From Paraspadella gotoi (Eukaryota; Animalia; Chaetognatha), in contig CM119264.1 in the NCBI GenBank assembly GCA_051294375.1, positions 19,599,590-19,663,589 of the forward strand: 64,000 nucleotides of DNA, in the 5' to 3' direction. Position 1 is the stretch's first letter. Every line of letters begins with the position of its first letter. Of the stretch, positions 54,301-60,300 are shown in pieces. The position numbers and the translations under genes are program-made. Below the pieces are notes generated by a model. The model searched no databases, was not told where the DNA came from, and saw nothing but the letters and a program-made list of their open reading frames with translations.

Positions 54301-57300
54301 ATTTGAAATAGCTACATATGATGTGGTTAATAATTTTCTTAATGAAAAATTTGATGTAAATAATGATAAAAATTATTCATTGCCCAAATAAAATATGAGG
54401 ATGGTAACGAATTTGAAGTTCCAATTATTCAAAAAAGTGAAAAAATTAAAGGATCTACTGCTCACACAAAAATACAAGGCAAAAATAAACTTAAAAGAAT
54501 CATCAACTATTTTACCCAAGCCTAAAATCAAATACGACCACTGTCACCTCAAGAAGCTATTGATTCATTAACCTGGGAGTTTAATGATGATTGGACACCA
54601 GCTGGTTATGAAGTAGCATCAAAAAAAGAGATAGAAGAAGCATTATCTCAAAAAGCTTCTTTAGATCAAATTAAGAAAATGTTTATTGCTGAAATTTCTT
54701 ATACTGATGGAACAGAATTCAAAATGGCAGTTGTTTTAAAAGATACAGTTGAAAAGTATATTGCAAATACAAAATTACATGGAAAAATGAAAATTAACCC
54801 GGAAAAAGTAGATTCATTAGCAAAACCGAATGTTGAAATTAAACCAATTAGTTCAATGCAATCATTTGAAAATTTTTGCTGGAATTGCCTGAAGAATGGA
54901 CACCAACTGGATATGTTGTTGCGTCACATGCTGAAATTACAGATTTAATTTCAGAAACCGTAGCTAAAGAATCTGTAAATAAGTTCTTTGTGGCTGAAGT
55001 CAAGCTTGCAGATGGTACTCATTTTGAAGTACCCATTGTTAGAGAGAAAGAAACATTAGAAGAGTTCAAAGCTCAACATAAGTTACAAACTAAATCTTCT
55101 AATAAACTTGTCAATGAAGCAATTTTAACTGGAAAGCCAAATATATCTGTGATCCCCTTTAGTGCAAATGTGACTGTAGAAAATTTTTCATGGGAATTTC
55201 CTAATGACCACGCACCGCCAGGATTTGAAATAGCAACATATGATGTTGTTAATAATTTTCTCAACGAAAAATTTGATGTAAATAATGATAAAAAATTATT
55301 CATTGCCCAAATAAAATATAAGGATGGTAATGAATTTGAAGTTCCAATTATACAAAAAAGTGAAAAAATTAAAGGATCTACTGCTCACACAAAAATACAA
55401 AGCAAAATAATTTTAAAAGAATCATCAACTATTTTACCCAAGCCTAATATACAATTACGACCACTGTCACCTCAAGAAGCTATTGATTCATTAACCTGGG
55501 AATTTAATGATGATTGGACACCAGCTGGTTATGAAATAGCATCAAAAAAAGAGATAGAAGAAGCATTATCTCAAAAAGATTCTTTGGATCAAATTAAGAA
55601 AATGTTTATTGCTGAAATTTCTTATACTGATGGAACAGAATTCAAAATGGCAGTTGTTTTAAAAGATACAGTTGAAAAGTTTATTGCAAATACAAAATTA
55701 CATAAAAAAATGAAATTTAACTCGGAAAAAGTAGATTCTTTAGCAAAACCGAATGTTGAAATTAAACCAATTAGTTCAATGCAATCATTTGAAAAATTTT
55801 TGCTGGGAATTGCCTGAAGAATGGACACCAACTGGATATATTGTTGCGTCACCTGCTGAAATTACAGATTTAATTTCAGAAACCGTGGCTAAGGATTCTG
55901 TAAATAAGTTCTTTGTGGCGNNNNNNNNNNNNNNNNNNNNNNNNNCTGAAGTCAAGCTTGCAGATGGTACTCATTTTGAAGTACCTGTTGTTAGAGAGAA
56001 GGAAACATTAGTAGAGTTCAAAGCTCAACATAAGTTACAAACTAAATCTTCTAAAAAACTTGTTAATGAAGCAATTTTAACAGGAAAGCCAAAGATATCT
56101 GTGCTCCCATTTACGTCAAACATATCCATAGAAAATTTTTCATGGGAATTTCCTAATGAGCATGGTCTGCCAGGATTTGAAATAGCAACATATGATGTGG
56201 TTGATAATTTTCTCAATGAAAAATTTGATGTAAATAATGATAAAAAATTATTCATTGCCCAAATAAAATATGAGGATGGTAATGAATTTGAAGTTCCAAT
56301 TATTCAAAAAAATGACAAAATTAAAGGATCTACTGCTCACACAAAAATACAAGGCAAAATAATTTTAAAAGAATCATCAACTATTTTACCCAAGCCTAAT
56401 ATACAAATACGATCACTGTCACCTCAAGAAGCTATTGATTCATTAACCTGGGAGCTTAATGATGATTGGACACCTGTTGGTTATGAGAGAGCATCAAGAA
56501 AAGAGATAAAAGAGGCATTGTCTCAAAAGGCTTCTATGGATCAAATTGAAAAATTTTTCATTGCTGAAATTTCTTTTGATGGAACAGAATTTAAATTTCC
56601 TGTTCAACAACAAAAAAGTTCTGATTGCTATGTTCATCATAACGCGGTTGCTGAAAGTAAAATAGTCAACATAAAACCTTTTTCAACTTCAGAATCAATT
56701 AAAAATTTAACATGGGAGCTTGAACGTAATCTAATGCCAGTTGGATATGAAGTTGCATCGAAAGAAATTGTAAATGACGCTCTTTCAAAACCATGCAAAA
56801 TGGATGTAACTCAAAAGCTTTATATTGCTGAAATAAAGAATATGAGCGGATCCAAATTTGAAATTCCTCTTTTAAAGCAATCCTCGCCAAAATTAGAATT
56901 TAAAGCAAAATCTAAATTACATACAAAAATGAGAATGAAATTTGGTATTTCAAGTGAACTACCTCAGCCTGCTATTGAAATCCGGCCATTTTTTACCCCT
57001 GAAGCCTTCGAAAAAGTAGTTTGGGATTTGCCTAACGAATGGGATATTATTGGACAAGAAATAGCTTCACAAAAGGAAGTAAAGGACTTTATTTCTGAGC
57101 AGTTAAAAAAAGATAGTACTGAAAAATATTTTGTGGCAAATATAAAATATACTAATGGAAAGCAATACGAGATTCCTTTAATTAAAGAAAAAGAATTATT
57201 AGAAAAAATAAAAGCTAGAATAAAAATACAAAGCAAACAAAAAATCAAATTTGATGAAAAAATTATACTTTCAAAGCCTGACATACTTTTGAGACCGTTT

Positions 57301-60300
57301 TCTTCTTCTGAGGTAATTGAAAATTACTTATGGGAAATTCCTGAAGAGTGGGCTCCTGTTGGATACCATGTTTGTAATCAGGGAGTAATCGACGAGATAT
57401 TAGCTGGTGGTATAAAAAAAGATACAGCACAAAAATTATTTATTGGTTTAGTTAATTTTGATGATGGCACTAAATTTGAAGTTCCTTTGTTTTATGAAGA
57501 AAAAACAATTGAAAACAATTATTTTGCTAATGAAACTAAAAATAAAGATGAATTTCTTGATCAAGCAAAAACTATTGGAAAACCAAAAGTAAAAATAGGG
57601 CCATTTCCATCTATAGGAAATATTAATGAATTGTCATGGGAACTTGAACAAGAATTAGTGCCTGTTGGATTTGAAGTCGCACCTGAAGAGTTTGTAAAAG
57701 AGGTACTTAGCAGAAATGCAGAAGGTGAAATAATTCAAAAGCTTTATATTGCGCACATTGAGAATTTGAATGAAACAAAGTTTCAAGTACCACTTGTAGA
57801 AATCAAAGAAATGAACTTAAAATCAGAAGCTAAAAGTAAGATACACACTCAAATTAAAATGCAGGTTGACACATTAAAAAGATTACCAAAGCCTAATATT
57901 AAAATCCGCCCATTTTCTTGCAATGAAATGATTGAAAACTTTGCTTGGAACCTACCTCTTGAATGGAATTCAATTGGATTAGAAATAGCATCACAACGAG
58001 ATGTCGAAGATTTCAATTCTGAAAAAGCAAAAAGAGAAGAAACTCAAAAACTTTTTGTAGCCCAAATTGAATATACAGATGGATCAAAATTTGAAGTTCC
58101 TGTAATTAAAGAAAAAAAACTGGTTGAAAAATTGAAAGCAAATATAAAGTTAAATAGTAAGTTTAAAGTTAACAGGGATGGAAGAATAGAAACATCAAAG
58201 CCTACAGTGCATTTAAAACCTTTTTCTTCTTCTGAATCAACTGAAAAATATTTTTGGGAAGTACCAACCGACTGGGCTCCGGTGGGATATCAAGTGTGCA
58301 ATGAAGAAATAATAAATGAAATCCTTGCTGACAGAGTAAAAACGGAAAACGCTCAAAAACTGTATATTGGGAGAGTTATTTGCGCAGATGGAACAGAATT
58401 TCAAGTGCCTTTTATTCAAGATTGTGTTTTAACGGAGAAACAGAAAGCCGAAATAATGTTCCAACCAGACCACATATTGAATGATGAAAAAAATCAAAAA
58501 AGTTTACAACCTCAGATTGAAATTAGACCATTTTCTTCCAATGAGTATTTAGAAAGCTTTGCTTGGGAATTACCCATTGATTTGAATATAAATGGATTTG
58601 AGGTAGCAACAAAAAAAGAAGTTAATCACTTTATGATTCAGCAAGTAAAAAGAGAAGAAACGCAAAAACTATTTGTTGCCATAATTAAATTTGTAGATGG
58701 AACAAAATCGGAGGTTCCCGTGATAAAAGGAAAGGATTTGTTTGACAAGTCAAAGGCAAATATAAAGTTACACAGAAAGCTGGAAGTAAACACAGATGGT
58801 AGAATTGAAATATCAAAACCCACTATATATATAAAACCATTTTCCTCCTTTGAATTTAGTGAAAATCATTTTTGGGAAATCCCAGAAGAATGGTCACCTG
58901 AAGGGTATCAGGTTTGCAACGATGAATTAATGGCTGATATTGTAGCTGGAAAAGTAAAAGAAGATACATCTCTAAATTTATTTATTGGACAAGTCAAGTT
59001 TTCTGACCAAACTAAATTTAAAGTGCCTTTGATGCAATGCCAAAAGAAATTGGAAGAGCAGAAAGCTGATATTGTATTAGGAGAAAAAAAAGTAATAAAT
59101 TCGGAGAAACTAAAAACAGCTCTAACACGAGATGAATATGAAATCAACGCTGGAATGGAATTATTTATAGAAGTGAAAACAAATTTGGTTTCAAACATTC
59201 AAATTGTTTGGTATCATAATGGATATGTGATAGAAAATTCTTGTAACAACATAATGAATTTTGATGAAAATATTGGAATAGCCTCTTTGAAAATTGTAGA
59301 AGTCCTTCCAATGCATTCAGGAATTTATGAATGCAAAATCACTGGATGTAATGATGAAAAAGTTCATAAAACCATGCATGTTAAAGTTATTGGCACAGTT
59401 GAAATTCGACCAAAGTTTACAGAAACAATGTCTCCTGATTTTATCCAAGTTGGTGAAACTGTGAATGTATTTTTAAAATTGATAGGAAATCCAATCCCTA
59501 CAGTAAAATTAGTAAAAAATTCCATGGTTCTCAATAGTGACTTGACAGACAACATTAGCTTCTCTTATAATGATGAAAGTGGAGTTGTAAACATAATACT
59601 ATCTAAAGTAACCCTAGCTCAAAGTGGTAGATATGACTGCATTGCTAATAATTCAGTTGGTGAAGCAACATTTTCATTTGATTTGAATATAAATGAGCCC
59701 CAAAAAACTTTACCAACTTTTATAAAAAAACTAGAAGATTTAACAGCAATTGAAGGAAGCCAAGTTTCATTGCATGTTGTAGTAAGTGGCCAACCAAATC
59801 CAGATATATCCTGGTATGTTCAAGATTCAAAGCTCGAAGATAGTGATCCATTATACTCATTTATTTATGATGATGATACAGGAGAATGCACTTTATTGAT
59901 TAAAAAAATGTCACAATCCACTGCGGGAAAAATTGTATGTTTGATTAGCAATTCTGTAGGAGAATCGAAAAGTGAAGCAAAATTATCTATCGGTGGTTCT
60001 CTACCAATTATACTAAAAGAACTTGAAAATATTGAAAGTAAGGTTGGTGCAATTAACATACAATTGAAATGTGTTATTAAACCCGAATTACATATAAAGT
60101 GTGAATGGTTTCAAAATGAAATTCCTTTAAAAGAAGCAAAAAGTGAATATGATAATAAAACGGGAAAAATATCCTTGATTATACCAAAATTGTTAATAAA
60201 ACATTTTGGCTATTATAAGCTCAGGGTTGCAAATGAATATGGTTATTCCGAAACACATTGCAGAATTCAAATTATTAGTCCTCCTAAGATTTTGGAAGAT

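Noticed and set aside
46800-55945. Pseudogenisation of the giant exon or many separate small genes
   Set aside because: Indels are confined to the gapped near-identical array while both flanks stay open for kilobases, so sequencing or assembly error is more likely.
44481-59090. Horizontal origin of the repeat from bacterial Rib-like domains (YxDG hairpin)
   Set aside because: Only a generic beta-hairpin motif is shared and base composition matches the host exon; needs a structure search.
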